From Octopus vulgaris (Eukaryota): 64,000 nt of DNA. Made by a program: the position numbers and the translations under genes. Shown piece by piece: positions 42,132-54,442 of this stretch. Each line of letters begins with the position of its first letter. Positions within the stretch are counted from its first letter, which is position 1. The DNA lies in assembly GCA_951406725.2 (NCBI GenBank), contig OX597833.1:52700001-52764000 (forward strand). The letters are read 5' to 3'. The notes beneath the pieces were generated by a model. The model was not told the origin of the DNA and did not search any database. It saw nothing but the letters and a program-made list of their open reading frames with translations.

Positions 42132-42330
42132 TATGGGTAGATGACGTCACCAACGGTGCAAATGACATGAAATACGTTAAAAACGAGAAAAAATGGAAAA
42201 CAGGACAAGTAGACACAGAGGAAGGGCCCTTCGTCAGTTGTCGGCTGTCTATTTACTCCTTATTTCGAACATTCAGCGACATAGATTCTAAAATAAAATT
42301 TAGGATTTATGGAGGGTCAAAGTTGGAAAC
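42132..42330 (-). repeat. Dispersed repeat family G, second copy
   Basis: Homologous to 23612-23860. Confidence 0.6.
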
Positions 42331-42762
42331 ACCTTTTATCAATTCAATAAGGAAAAAAATTAAATCACACCATCCAGAAAAATTACATCTTATAGAAAGA
42401 TTAAATATATGATAAAACTTATACCAGTGATTAAGTAATATGCAAAATAATAATAATGATATTGATTTTACTGTTATCATATCTTAAATATTGCCACGAA
42501 ACACGTGTAGTTATTCAACCAAATATATACGTTTTATTTATTATTTTGCATCTTACTTAATCATTGTTATATGCTTTATCTTATATTTAATCTTTCTATA
42601 AGATGTAATTTTTTTATATGGTATACTTTAATTATTTCATTATTAAATTGATAAAAGATGATTCTGTTCCTAATTTATATATATATATATTATATTTTGT
42701 GAAATTTGATTTAGTATTTCTAAATCGAATTTTTCCCTGTAAGTTTGGAATAATATTCCCTC

Positions 42763-42850
<88 letters not shown>

Positions 42851-43458
42851 TGTATGTATGTATGTATGTATATTAGGTGACGTTCTACGGCCATTTTCTT
42901 CACAATAACTTCTCCCATTTAAGTAACACATAAACCATATATTTAAACTATTTTCATGGAGTCCTTCGTTTAAAAAAAGTCAAAAGCTAACTTCGACATT
43001 TTCTATTGAAAAAATGCTTTTGTGAATGTGTGTGTTGGTGTGTGTTGTGTTGTGTGCGTGCGTATGTATGTGAGTAGATCGTTCAATACATATAAGAATT
43101 TATATACTAATGCTAATACCGGGATAGTACAGGATATTATTCGATAAAGCTGTCTGAATATGCATATACATGTGTGTGTGTGTGTGTGTGTATACATACA
43201 TATATATATATATACGCACATACATATATAGGTATATGCACATATATAGAGAGTAACATATGCACAGACGCACTCATAGAGGTTTAACATGTAAGCAAAC
43301 TGAATCAACGTAATCTATTTTCTATTCACATATTGAATATTTATTTTAATATTTGTACACAAACAGATCATGCTATTTCCAGTCTACTTAGATCTTCAAC
43401 TATACACATACGTATCATTATTGATACAGTACATATGCATGTACGTGCATATATATAC

Positions 43459-43535
<77 letters not shown>

Positions 43536-43724
43536 GATATATATATATATAAATAAATATTTATACATATACACATAAACATATATACACACATACATGC
43601 ATATATATATGTGTATGTATATAATATATATATAATATATATAATATATATATGATATATATATATATATTATATATATGATATATATATATTATATATA
43701 TGATATATATATATTATATATATG

Positions 43725-43759
<35 letters not shown>

Positions 43760-44309
43760 AATATTTATATATATACACATAAACATATATACACATATAC
43801 ATGCATATATATATATATATATGTGTATGTATGTATGTATGTATATATGTATGGAAGTTTCCAGAAGGAGCTGATGAGAGTGTAAAATCTCTGGTCACCA
43901 TAGGAACGAAGAGGAAACAACGAACAGCACAATTAATTGCAAACACCGCCACCTCGATCACCACCTACACCAACACCACCACCACCACCTACACCAACAC
44001 CACCGACACCAACACCACCACCGCCATTACCACCTTTACCACGACCACTACCACTACTGTTGGTGATGACTACCCCCTAAAGTTATAAGAGCCTGGAAGA
44101 CAGGGAATTACTCTCGGGTCCTTCTTTTGCGACCACAGATTGCGAAGATTTAAATAAACAGAAAATGCTTCGTACGTAACGCTAAAGTAAACAACTGTAA
44201 ATATGCTATTAACGTGGGTTGGATAGGTGTGAGTAGACGGGAGATGGGTGAGTGGGGGGGTGGGCAAGGGTGGTGTTCAGTGTTGGCGGGAGAGGGGGAG
44301 GGGCAAGCG

Positions 44310-44830
44310 GTTCGTGGTGGTGGTGGTGGTGGTGGGTGAAGTTTGTGACAGTGGCGGTGGTTGTGCGATGGTGGTGATGGTTGGTTGAGGTCGTGGTGGA
44401 TGTGGTGGTAGAGGCGATGGTGGTGGTGGTGGTGGTGGTAGTAGTGCTGGTGGTGGTGACAACGATGATTATACTGATGGTGATGATGATCATGGTCATA
44501 GTGGTTTTGATGATGATGCCAGCGGGTTTAAGTAGTAGTAGTAGTAGTAGTAGTAGTAGCAGCAGCAGCAGCAGTAGTAGTAGTGGTGGTGGTGGTGGTG
44601 GTGGGTGACGTTTGTGACAGTGGCGGTGGTTGTGCGATGGTGGTGATGTGGTGGTTGAGGTCGTGGTGGATGTGGTGGTAGAGGCGATGGTAGTGGTGGT
44701 GGTGGTGGTAGTGTTAGTGGTGGTGACGACGAGGATTATACTGATGATGATGATGATGATCATGGTCATAGTGGTTTTGATGATGATGCCAGCGGTTTTA
44801 GTAGTAGTTGTTGCTGTTGTTGTAGTAGAT

Positions 44831-44879
<49 letters not shown>

Positions 44880-44896
44880 AGGTAGTAGTAGTAGTT

Positions 44897-44945
<49 letters not shown>

Positions 44946-44952
44946 CAGCAGC

Positions 44953-44991
<39 letters not shown>

Positions 44992-45400
44992 TGTAGTGGT
45001 GGTGGTGGTGGTGGTGGTGGTGGTGACGGTGGTGATGGTGGTAGTTGTGATATCTATGGTAGTAGTGATGTCGTTGTTGTTCGTTGTGATGGTGGTGGTG
45101 GTAGTTATGGTTGTGGTAGTGGTAGTTGTAGCGGAAATAGTAGTGGTTGTGGTGGTAGTGTTCGTTGTAATAGAGGAAATCCCGGATGTGGTTTCGGAAT
45201 TTGTGGTGACGGCGGCGGTAGTGGTGATACTGACGGTGCTGGCGATGGCAACGATATTAGCGGTGGTGGTGGTGGTGGTGGTGGTTGCGGTGGTAGTGGT
45301 TATAGTATAGGTTGCAGTGGTGGTTGTGGGAGATGGCTGGGCAATGGTGCTATGGCTGGTGGTATTGGTATTGGCAATACATATAACTGGTGGTGAAAAG
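44310..45400. repeat. (GGT/AGT/GAT)n trinucleotide region containing a 269-bp-period tandem duplication
   Basis: GTTTGTGACAGTGGCGGTGGTTGTGCGATGG...GATGATGATGCCAGCGG occurs at both 44341 and 44610. Confidence 0.85.
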
Positions 45401-45648
45401 AGGGAAGGTTGTAGTGACAGAAGTAGTTATAATGGTATCGTTTGTTACAGTATTGGTGATAGTAGAAAACAGAACCGTAGAAGGTATTTGAAGAAGTCGG
45501 TTGTTGTTGTTATTGCTGCTGTTGTTGTTGTTGTTGTTTGTAGTGGTGATGGTGGGGGGGCTAATGTTGGTCGATATTTGCGATGTTCAGAGGTGGTGGT
45601 CGTGGTTGTAATTATTCCCCATCTACATAAACCAATGAGACACTCTCT

Positions 45649-46232
45649 AAGGCGGCCAGCTGGCAGATACGTTTGCACGCCGGGCGAAATGCTTAGCGAT
45701 ATTTAGTCTGCTGTTACGCTCTGAGTTCAAATTCCGCCGAGGTCGACTTTGCCTTTCATCCTTTCGGGGTCGATTAAATAAGTACCAGTTACGCACTGGA
45801 GTCGATATACTCGACTGAATCCGTTTGTCTGTCCTTGTTTTTCCCCTCTGTATTTAGCCCCTTGTGGGTAGTAAAGAAATAGGTATTTCGTCTGCCGCTA
45901 TGTTCTGAGTTCAAATTCCGCCGAGGTCGACTTTGCCTTTCATCCTTTCGGAGTCGATTAAATAAGTACCAGTTACGCGCTGGGGTCGATATACTCGACT
46001 GAATCCGTGTGTCTGTCCTTGTTTGTCCCCTCTGTGTTTAGCCCCTTGTGGGTAGTAAAGAAATAGGTATTTCGTCTGCCGTTACGTTCTGAGTTCAAAT
46101 TCTGCTGAGGTCGACTTTGCCTTTCATCCTTTCGAAGTCGATAAATTAAGTACCAGTTGCATACTGGGTCGATCTAATCGACTGACTCCCTCCCCCAAAA
46201 TTTCCGGCCTTGTGCCTAGAGTAGAAAAGAAT
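45649..46232 (+). mobile_element. SINE family B trimer: full unit, 184-bp head-less unit, head-less tail-B unit
   Basis: Junctions AAAGAAATA|GGTATTTCGTCTGCC at 45882 and 46066. Confidence 0.92.
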
Positions 46233-46301
46233 GGGTAGAATGAGTACTCGGAGGTGATACCCTTGGTGGTAATAGGGACATATTTCTTGCTGAAGATTTT
46301 A

Positions 46302-46830
46302 TTTAACCCCAGGTCAGACTGGTCAAGCAGGACTACGAGAAAAAGGCGTTCCAAACGTGAATAAACATAGACATTCTTGTTATTCTTCATGATGCTGTTT
46401 AACCCCATTTCAGCCTTGATCAAGCAGACCTGTGATCCAAAGCATCCTAACCGAGACCATCACGTCTGGTCTTATCTCTAAGTCAACTGTGACCAAGAAG
46501 GCCTCATCCAAAGCAACCTAACCGTGACCATCACGTTTTGTTTAATCCCCGGGTGAGTTCTAATCGAGAAGACCTATGTTCAAAAGTATTACAAACGTGA
46601 CTACCCAATCGTGTTTATCTCAGATCAATCCTGATCAAAACGACCTATGACCCAATGCATCGTAACCGTGACCATCACGTCTTGTTTAACGCCCAGGTCA
46701 GCCATGATCAAGAAGACCAATGAACCAAAGCATTTCAGCTGTGACCATCCCGTCTTCTTTAACCCAAAGTTAGTTCTAATGAAAAACACCTATGATCAAA
46801 CTATACCAACCGTGACCATCCCATCTTGCT
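46302..46830 (+). repeat. Diverged minisatellite, about 72-bp unit, about 7 copies
   Basis: Unit starts near 46302, 46398, 46471, 46541, 46614, 46685 and 46758. Consensus is approximately TTTAACCCCAGGTCAGCC.TGATCAAG.AGACCTATGATCAAAGCAT.C.AACCGTGACCATC.CGTCTTG. Confidence 0.8.
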
Positions 46831-46933
46831 TTTGGATTCTAGTCCATGTGTTAGGAATCAAATACCATATCTAATATGACATTCGCCATGTTAGTAGTAG
46901 CAGTAGCAGTAGTAGCAGCAGCAGTAGTAGTAG

Positions 46934-46965
<32 letters not shown>

Positions 46966-47536
46966 GCAGCAGCAACAGCAGCAGCAGCAACAGCAGCAGC
47001 AACAGCAGCTGCAGCAGTAGTAGTTGTAGTAGGGGTAGTAGTAGTAGTAGTAGTAGTTGCTTTTGCTGTTTAACTCCAAGTAAGCCCTCATCCAGCAGTT
47101 CTAGAGACCAAAGACTTTCCGTCCATGACCATATCGTGTATCTACTATTATATTGTCCAATATGAGAGACTTTTTATTTGTTTTGTTTTTTTCTTAAGAC
47201 TTAAGTTGTAATTTGATATCGACTTGGTTGCTATTTCCAGCGGGACAAGCAACCACGTAGCTGTACCCTTGTTATTCTTTCTTGAATATCTTGAAGACGA
47301 TGGTTGCGAGTAGTTGTTTGTTGTTGTTGTTGTTGTTGTTGTTTTTGTTGTTGTTTTTGTTACTGCTGTTGTTGTTGTCGTCGTAGTCGTCGTCGTCGTT
47401 GTTGTTGTTGTTGTCGTCGTCATCGTTGTTGTTGTTGTTGTTGTTGTTGTTGCCATCGTTGTTGTTGTTGTTGTTACTGAGATGACGGTGCAGGTTTTGC
47501 GGAGGTGGAATTTCTTTTCTTTGAAGGCAGCAGAAG

Positions 47537-47591
<55 letters not shown>

Positions 47592-47770
47592 GATGATGGT
47601 GGTGGTGGTGGTGGTGCTGCTGCTGCTGCTGCTGCTGCTGGAAGTGACGACAATGGTGACGATGACGGTGACTATGGCAGAGATGCTGGTTGTTGCCCTT
47701 TTGTTGATGTCGGCGATCTCATTTGTTCGTAATAATAATAATAATAATAATGATAATAATAATAATAATA

Positions 47771-47803
<33 letters not shown>

Positions 47804-47807
<4 letters not shown>

Positions 47808-47880
47808 CATTTATTTGCCACAAGAGCTAAGGATGAGGAGTACAATACAAAGACAGACAAAAAGTGTGGGAGAGGGTTGA
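47804..47880 (-). mobile_element. Isolated LINE/SINE-B-type 3' tail fragment inside (AAT)n/(GAT)n
   Basis: Minus-strand TTTGTCTGTCTTTGTATTGTACTCCTCATCCTTAGCTCTTGTGGCAAATAAATGAAAT aligns with tail A. Confidence 0.65.
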
Positions 47881-47897
47881 CATATAATGAAATGATA

Positions 47898-47956
<59 letters not shown>

Positions 47957-47981
47957 CAGCAGCAGCAGCAGTAGCAGTAGT

Positions 47982-48028
<47 letters not shown>

Positions 48029-48208
48029 TAACGGAGTCTGTTATAACTTGTTCTGTTGTTGTTGTTGTTGCTGTTGTTGCTAGGTTGTAGTTGTAGTGAA
48101 TGTTAGAGGAGTGATAATAATAGTTGTGATTATTATTACTACCACCGTTACTACTACAACTACTACTACCACTACTACTACTATTGCTGCTGCTGTCATT
48201 ATTACTAT

Positions 48209-48820
<612 letters not shown>

Positions 48821-48919
48821 ATTGCTGTTCTTGTTCTTGTTCTTGTTAACGTATGATGATGTTTAGGATTGCTGGCATTCAGATTACTGCTTTATTGTTG
48901 CTGTTATTGTTATGAATGG

Positions 48920-49375
48920 GGGTCGTAGGGGTGGTGGTAGTGGAGCGGGGAGAGGCAGTTGCGGTGATTGTGCACATGGCGGTAGCTTTTGTTGTTATTG
49001 TTAAAGCTGTTTCGGCGATGATGTTCAAAATAATGGCAACGGCGGCGGCGATGGTGGTGGTGGTGTTGGTGGTGGTGGTGGTGGTGGTGGTGGTGGTGGT
49101 GGTGGTGGTGGTGGCGGTAGTGTGGTGATGTGGTGGTGCTGGTGGTGCTGGTGGTGCTGGTCGTGGTGGTTGTGGTCGTGGTGGTGGTGGTGGTCGTCGT
49201 GGTCGTGGTGGGGTGGTGGTGGTGGTAGTGGTTGTGGTGGTGGTATTGGTCTTGTTGATGTTTGTGCTGTATGTGGTGGTGGTGGTGGTGGTGCTGCTGC
49301 TGCTGGTGGTGCTGGTAGTGCTGCTGGTGGTGGTGCTGGTGCTGGTGCTGGTGCTGGTGGTAGCGGTGGTGGCAG
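48920..49375. repeat. Degenerate (GGT)n/(GGTGCT)n tract
   Basis: Directly visible. Confidence 0.9.
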
Positions 49376-49714
49376 TAAATGAACGAGTGCTTTCTTAGAT
49401 CGTCATTAAAATAGACCAGGCCCAAACAAAGAAGAGACAGAAGTAAAGAAAAACATCACAAAAGGTTCTGAGCCTGAGGGCTCGCTCGCCGACTTCGTTA
49501 AGTTTTCACACGCTACTCCTTAAATATAGCCGCTCAGCTTTTCTCATATGGTTTAACACTTTCAGAAGCCGACAAAGTCTTATTGCAATTGAGAAGCAAA
49601 CCTTTGGTTGCTTTTAGTCTTCTGTATAATTTCTGCTTATTACAGCGTGTCCATAAAATATGTTTACAATTTCAAAAATTCAGCAAAATGTGAAAAATAA
49701 GGATAAAACAGACA

Positions 49715-49878
49715 CAGACGTGGCTATGTGGTAAGACGCTTGCTTCCCAACCACATATTTCCGGGTTCAGTCCCACTGCGTGGTACTTTGGGCAAGTGTC
49801 TTCTACTATAGCCTCGGCCGAACAAAGCCTTGTGAGTGGTTTTGCTAGACGGAAACTGAAAGAAGCCCGTTGTATATA
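49715..49878 (+). mobile_element. SINE family A, 5' half
   Basis: Head through GAAAGAAGCCCGTTGTATATA. Confidence 0.8.
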
Positions 49879-49944
49879 AAACAATAACAAACAAGCAAAT
49901 TGTTAAGGGTCTGTATCGGCAACTTATTATTATTTCTCTTCAAG

Positions 49945-50448
49945 ACATTATTATGTCTCCTCAAAGACATACATCATCTCGAAAGAGTCCAGAAGCTGGC
50001 TACCCGTATGGTTCTTGGTCTCAAGCATTTGTTTTATGAAGAAAGGCTGAAGACACTCGACCTTTATTCTCTAGAAAAACGACGACGCCGTGATGATCTC
50101 GTTCTTGCTCACAACATCATAAGCGGAAAGTGTAACCTCTCAAAAGAGTTGTTTATCACTCCTGCTCCAGAGTGGCGGCTTCGGGGTCACTCCGAAAAGC
50201 TCTATCTGCGACGATTTCATCTCAATCGAAGGAGTGGGGCTTTCTCCGTCCGGGTTGCGGATCCGTGGAATAAGCTGCCGGACGAGATAGTGAAGATGCC
50301 GACGATCGCTCGGTTCAAAGTCTCCCTTGACCAGAAATGGCCTGAACTCTTTGCATGAATACCACCCTGTACATAACTCCATGTCCCCCTACATGGCCTT
50401 GCTTTTTGCTTTTTGAGCCAAAAAATTAACTTAACTTAACTCAACTAT
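49945..50448 (+). mobile_element. CR1/L2-group LINE 3' end, 5'-truncated, with a (TAACT)n tail
   Basis: Encodes KDIHHLERVQKLATRMVLGLKHLFYEERLKTLDLYSLEKRRRRDDL...LRGHSEKL...FSVRVADPWNKLP..FK (canonical CR1 ORF2 C-terminus), with a stop at 50358. A short 3' UTR ends in TTAACTTAACTTAAC. Confidence 0.92.
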
Positions 50449-50919
50449 TACTAACAAACTAAACGAGGGAACATCAACATGATCGTAAGACCTGCAGGAA
50501 GACCAACCATCTTAAACAGAAAGGACACGCTGAAGAATTTTTGGCACAAGACTAGAAATTTTGGTGTATAGACGTGGGAAGGAAACTATCGATTATATTG
50601 ATATGAGTACTTAACAGGTGATTTATTTTATTGGCCCTGAAAAGATCAATGGCGAAGTCGATATTGGACGGGATTTGAGCTCAGAATGTAAAAGGTCGTA
50701 GCTAACTATAGAAAGTAATTTTGTCCCACGCTCTACCGATTCCGCCAATCTCGCGTCAAAGTTCATGAAATGAAATAACTTAGGATGCTATGAAGAGGAA
50801 ATGGATGGGGAGGATGATGATGAGGAAGTGGAGGAGGAACCTCACGTTACGGGCAGGGCTTGATATCAGGGGCGTGGACAAGTTATTTACTACCAATGCC
50901 TGTTTGCTATTTTTCCTAT

Positions 50920-51078
50920 TACACACTCACGCGCACACGCAAACACGCATCTATATACATATGTGTGTAAGTGTTGGCGTGTTTGTGTGTATGTGTACGT
51001 GTTTGTGTGAGTGTTTGTATGTATTTTTAGTCACACACACACGCACACACACATATACGCATCTCTCTCTCTCCCTCT

Positions 51079-51113
<35 letters not shown>

Positions 51114-51240
51114 GGTGCATGTGTGTGTACGTGTTTGTGTGAGTGTGTGTATTTTTAACCACACACACACACGCACACACACATATACGCATCTCTCTCT
51201 CCCTCTCCCTATATGTATATATATATATATATATATGTAG

Positions 51241-51272
<32 letters not shown>

Positions 51273-51340
51273 GTCGGTGTGTGTGTGTGTGTACGTGTTT
51301 GTGTGAGTGTATGTATATATATATATATATATATATAACC
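50920..51340. repeat. Three tandem copies of a compound microsatellite cassette
   Basis: Recurring ACGCATCT..., GT(C/T)GG(T/C)G and GTGTACGTGTTTGTGTGAGTGT anchors at roughly 135-155-bp spacing. Confidence 0.7.
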
Positions 51341-51380
51341 ACACGCACCTATACACTCACATACACCTGCAAACACACAT

Positions 51381-51457
<77 letters not shown>

Positions 51458-52107
51458 GAGAGGGGGAGAGAGAGAGGAAGATGGAAAGAGAAAGAAAGTG
51501 AGACATCTAGGTGTTGAAGAGGGATGAGAAAGGATTGGCTACTGATGTTACAATCTGTTATAGCCGTTGCTGCCACTACCACTGCTGCTGCCGCTGCCGC
51601 AGCTACCGCCACTGCTGCTGTTATTAGAATGAAGTACAATATTGTCATATGGAAATAATTAGTTTGTTGTTGGTTGTTTAGCCCCAGGTCAGTTTCCATT
51701 GAATAGACAAACGATCAACAACATTCCTGCATTGATCAACCTGTCATTTTTTCTTTAAATCTGGAACTATATTGTCCAATGTGTTCTTCCTTTTCTTAAG
51801 ACAGCTGAACATAAATTTCAGGGGATTTGAATCCCGTTTACAGCAGGTCGACAGACTGCATAGCGGTCCCCACGTCGGATTGTTCGGAAAAATTAGCTTT
51901 GACAGGTGGTGATGAAATGAGAGTAGTAGTAAAATAATGTGTAGAGACGACAGAGTTGGGGGTTGGTGAAAGAATGAAGAATTGGGAGTTGGTGAAAGAA
52001 TGAAAGAATGACGGATCGGTTGAATATGATGGAGGAAACGAGAAGGTTTGAAATCGAAAGACAAAGAAGGTTTATGGAAAATGGGAAGTAAAGGACTATG
52101 GTGGGAG

Positions 52108-53134
52108 CAGCGCTGGATTAACCATTATGCAAAGTAAGCACGTGCTTGGGCATCAAGGGAAGGGAAGTGCTTTAGAAATGGTAAATGGTTTACGGCACAA
52201 AAGAAATCACTTTAACCTTGTTAAAATGATATTCGATTGGTTTATGTGAACGGGAATATAATTTCGAAGTGTTCATGGTGTCATAGTGAGGATTTGATCA
52301 ATGTTTTAGAAATGGTAAATAGTTTACGGCACAAAAGAAATCACTTTAACCTTGTTAAAATGATATTCGATTGGTTTATATGAACGGGAATATAATTTCG
52401 AAGTGTTCATGGTGTCATAGTGAGGATCTGATCAAAGACTTTTGCCATTAGAAAAGATAGGAAAAAACTTTTCAAATATAAATAAAATGGAAGTAAATAA
52501 AAATAAGCATTAGTTTCCATCTTACTGTTAGTTTTGGTTCATTCTGAAAAATAAAATTTTAAATCTTAGTCTATTATTGTTTATACTTTGAATTACATAT
52601 GTATATGGGCACCAAAATTTTTGATCTGGAACTCATTCCAAATAGCTTTTTTCCAAAAAATCTGCACGCTGCAAAATTTCATTTAAAAATTACATGCATT
52701 TGTCAGCAAATGCTGAAGGAAAGTCGCTGGGGGCACCAAACTGCAGTTATATCAAGACAATGAATGCACTTAAAAGGCGGGTTACATTCCTAGACTTGTA
52801 GGAATGTCGTCCCAGATCAGAGTTATAATTTGTAGAGAATTCACAACCGAGACAGATTCAGATCTCAGATCAGCCCCTTTGGTCAAATCTATTCTAGCCA
52901 TCATCGAATACAAATAGAATTGTAATTTGAAGGGAGATGTGCTGCTGATTTTAGCTTGATAACAGGTGATGAACAGCTTAGATCTGCTATGAGCAAACTG
53001 CGGCCCGTAGGACTTTCTGAATGGCATGCAACGAAAAATTACCTGTCGTTCTTTTTTTTTATAGTTTGGCTGTTCTGATGATGAGCCACGTCTCATGAAG
53101 CCCATGGGCTTCTATAGGTCTTAATCCGGCCCTC
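52108..53134 (+). mobile_element. Non-autonomous hAT-type DNA transposon, about 1.03 kb
   Basis: TIRs CAGCGCTGGATTAA / TTAATCCGGCCCTC (11/14). 8-bp flanks GGTGGGAG / AGTGAGAG (6/8) as a decayed TSD. The frameshifted DLIKDF-AIRKDRKK near 52425-52470 resembles a hAT transposase C-terminus. Internal 134-bp tandem duplication. Confidence 0.7.
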
Positions 53135-53799
53135 AGTGAGAGAGAAGGAATTAATGTTTGTCAGGGTAAATTTAGGATGATACGTGCCTTACTTTGTTAA
53201 TTTATTTATACATTGATTACAAGTGTTCCCCCAACGACTTCTCATAGTACCAAAATATCACGCACAGACGCGCGCATGCGCATACAGGCATCATTTTGGA
53301 GTAAGGTGGCGAGCAAAATGCTTAATAACTTTTCGTTAATCCTTACGTTCTTAGTTTAAATTCCGCAGAGGTCGACTTTGCCTTTCATCCATTTGGGGGT
53401 CGATATAATAAGTACTAATCGAGCACTGGGGTCGATGCAGTTCAACAGGCCTCACAACGAGGCACTCAAACAGTTGCTGATCCCTTGCAAGGTTCAAGTG
53501 AAACCCATAATTAAATACTGGCCGCTTAAATGCAACGGTGCCTTTTATATATATATATACACATCCTTGAGCACTTCCAAAAGAAAGCAATCTGATGTAC
53601 TGATGTGGGTGTCAGCAACCACTATACCCTAACTTCTAAATGTACCGTAAACTAATCAAAGGGCCTTCATGCGGATGCTCGACCTGCAAAGAGTACCTCC
53701 TAAATCTCCCTAAACTAACACGTTATCTTGAAAATTAAAGGACCAGCGCTCATGTCAGTATATATGTTAAAAGTCATATCCTATATCCTCTTTTATATT

Positions 53800-54105
53800 C
53801 TTTTCTAGTTTAGGCACAAGGTCTGAAATTTTAGGTAAGGGGACCAGTCGATTAGATCGACCCCAGTACGCAAAGATGAAAGGCAAAGTCGACCACGGTG
53901 GAATTTGAACTCAGAATGTAAAACAGACAGACGAAATACCAATTTCTTTACTGCCCACAAGGGGTTACACACAGAGGGGACAAACAAGGACAGACAAACG
54001 GATTGAGTCGATTATATCGACCCTAGTGCATAACTTGTACTTATTTAATCGCCCCCGAAAGGATGAAAGTCAAAGTCGACCTCGGCGGATTTTGAACTCA
54101 GAACT
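53800..54105 (-). mobile_element. SINE B: tail-A unit followed by a head-less tail-B unit
   Basis: Minus-strand junction AAAGAAATT|GGTATTTCGTCTG at 53940/53941. Confidence 0.8.
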
Positions 54106-54142
54106 TTACCTATGCTTATTTGTAGCAAATAAGTATAGGTAA

Positions 54143-54387
54143 AGTTACATTCCGAATCATGCCGACTCATAAGGGCCGGTTTCCCTGTTTCCATGCGTAT
54201 AAATTATCCACCTGGAGGGGACGCCGCTCCATCGCAGGATTACTCATTTTTGCCGGGTGAGTGGACTGGAGCGACGCGAAATGAAGTGTTTTGCTCAAGA
54301 ACACAACGCGTCGCATGGTCCGGAATCGAAACCGCAATCTTACGATCATGAGTCCAACACCCTAACAACGAAGCCACGCGGCCCCAC
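54143..54387 (-). mobile_element. SINE family D
   Basis: Reverse complement of 30842-31070. Confidence 0.8.
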
Positions 54388-54406
54388 TTGTAGCAAGTAA
54401 GTCATA

Positions 54407-54442
<36 letters not shown>

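Noticed and set aside
43871-43900. Hammerhead ribozyme cores (CTGATGA here; also 9231, 53074, and minus strand near 23735 and 42232)
   Set aside because: None shows the CUGANGA-stem II-GAAA-stem III-NUH topology by eye. The 184-bp SINE B unit has no CTGANGA on either strand. An Infernal scan would be decisive.
46302-46830. CRISPR-like 72-bp periodicity
   Set aside because: Whole units are mutually homologous, so there is no repeat/unique-spacer alternation.
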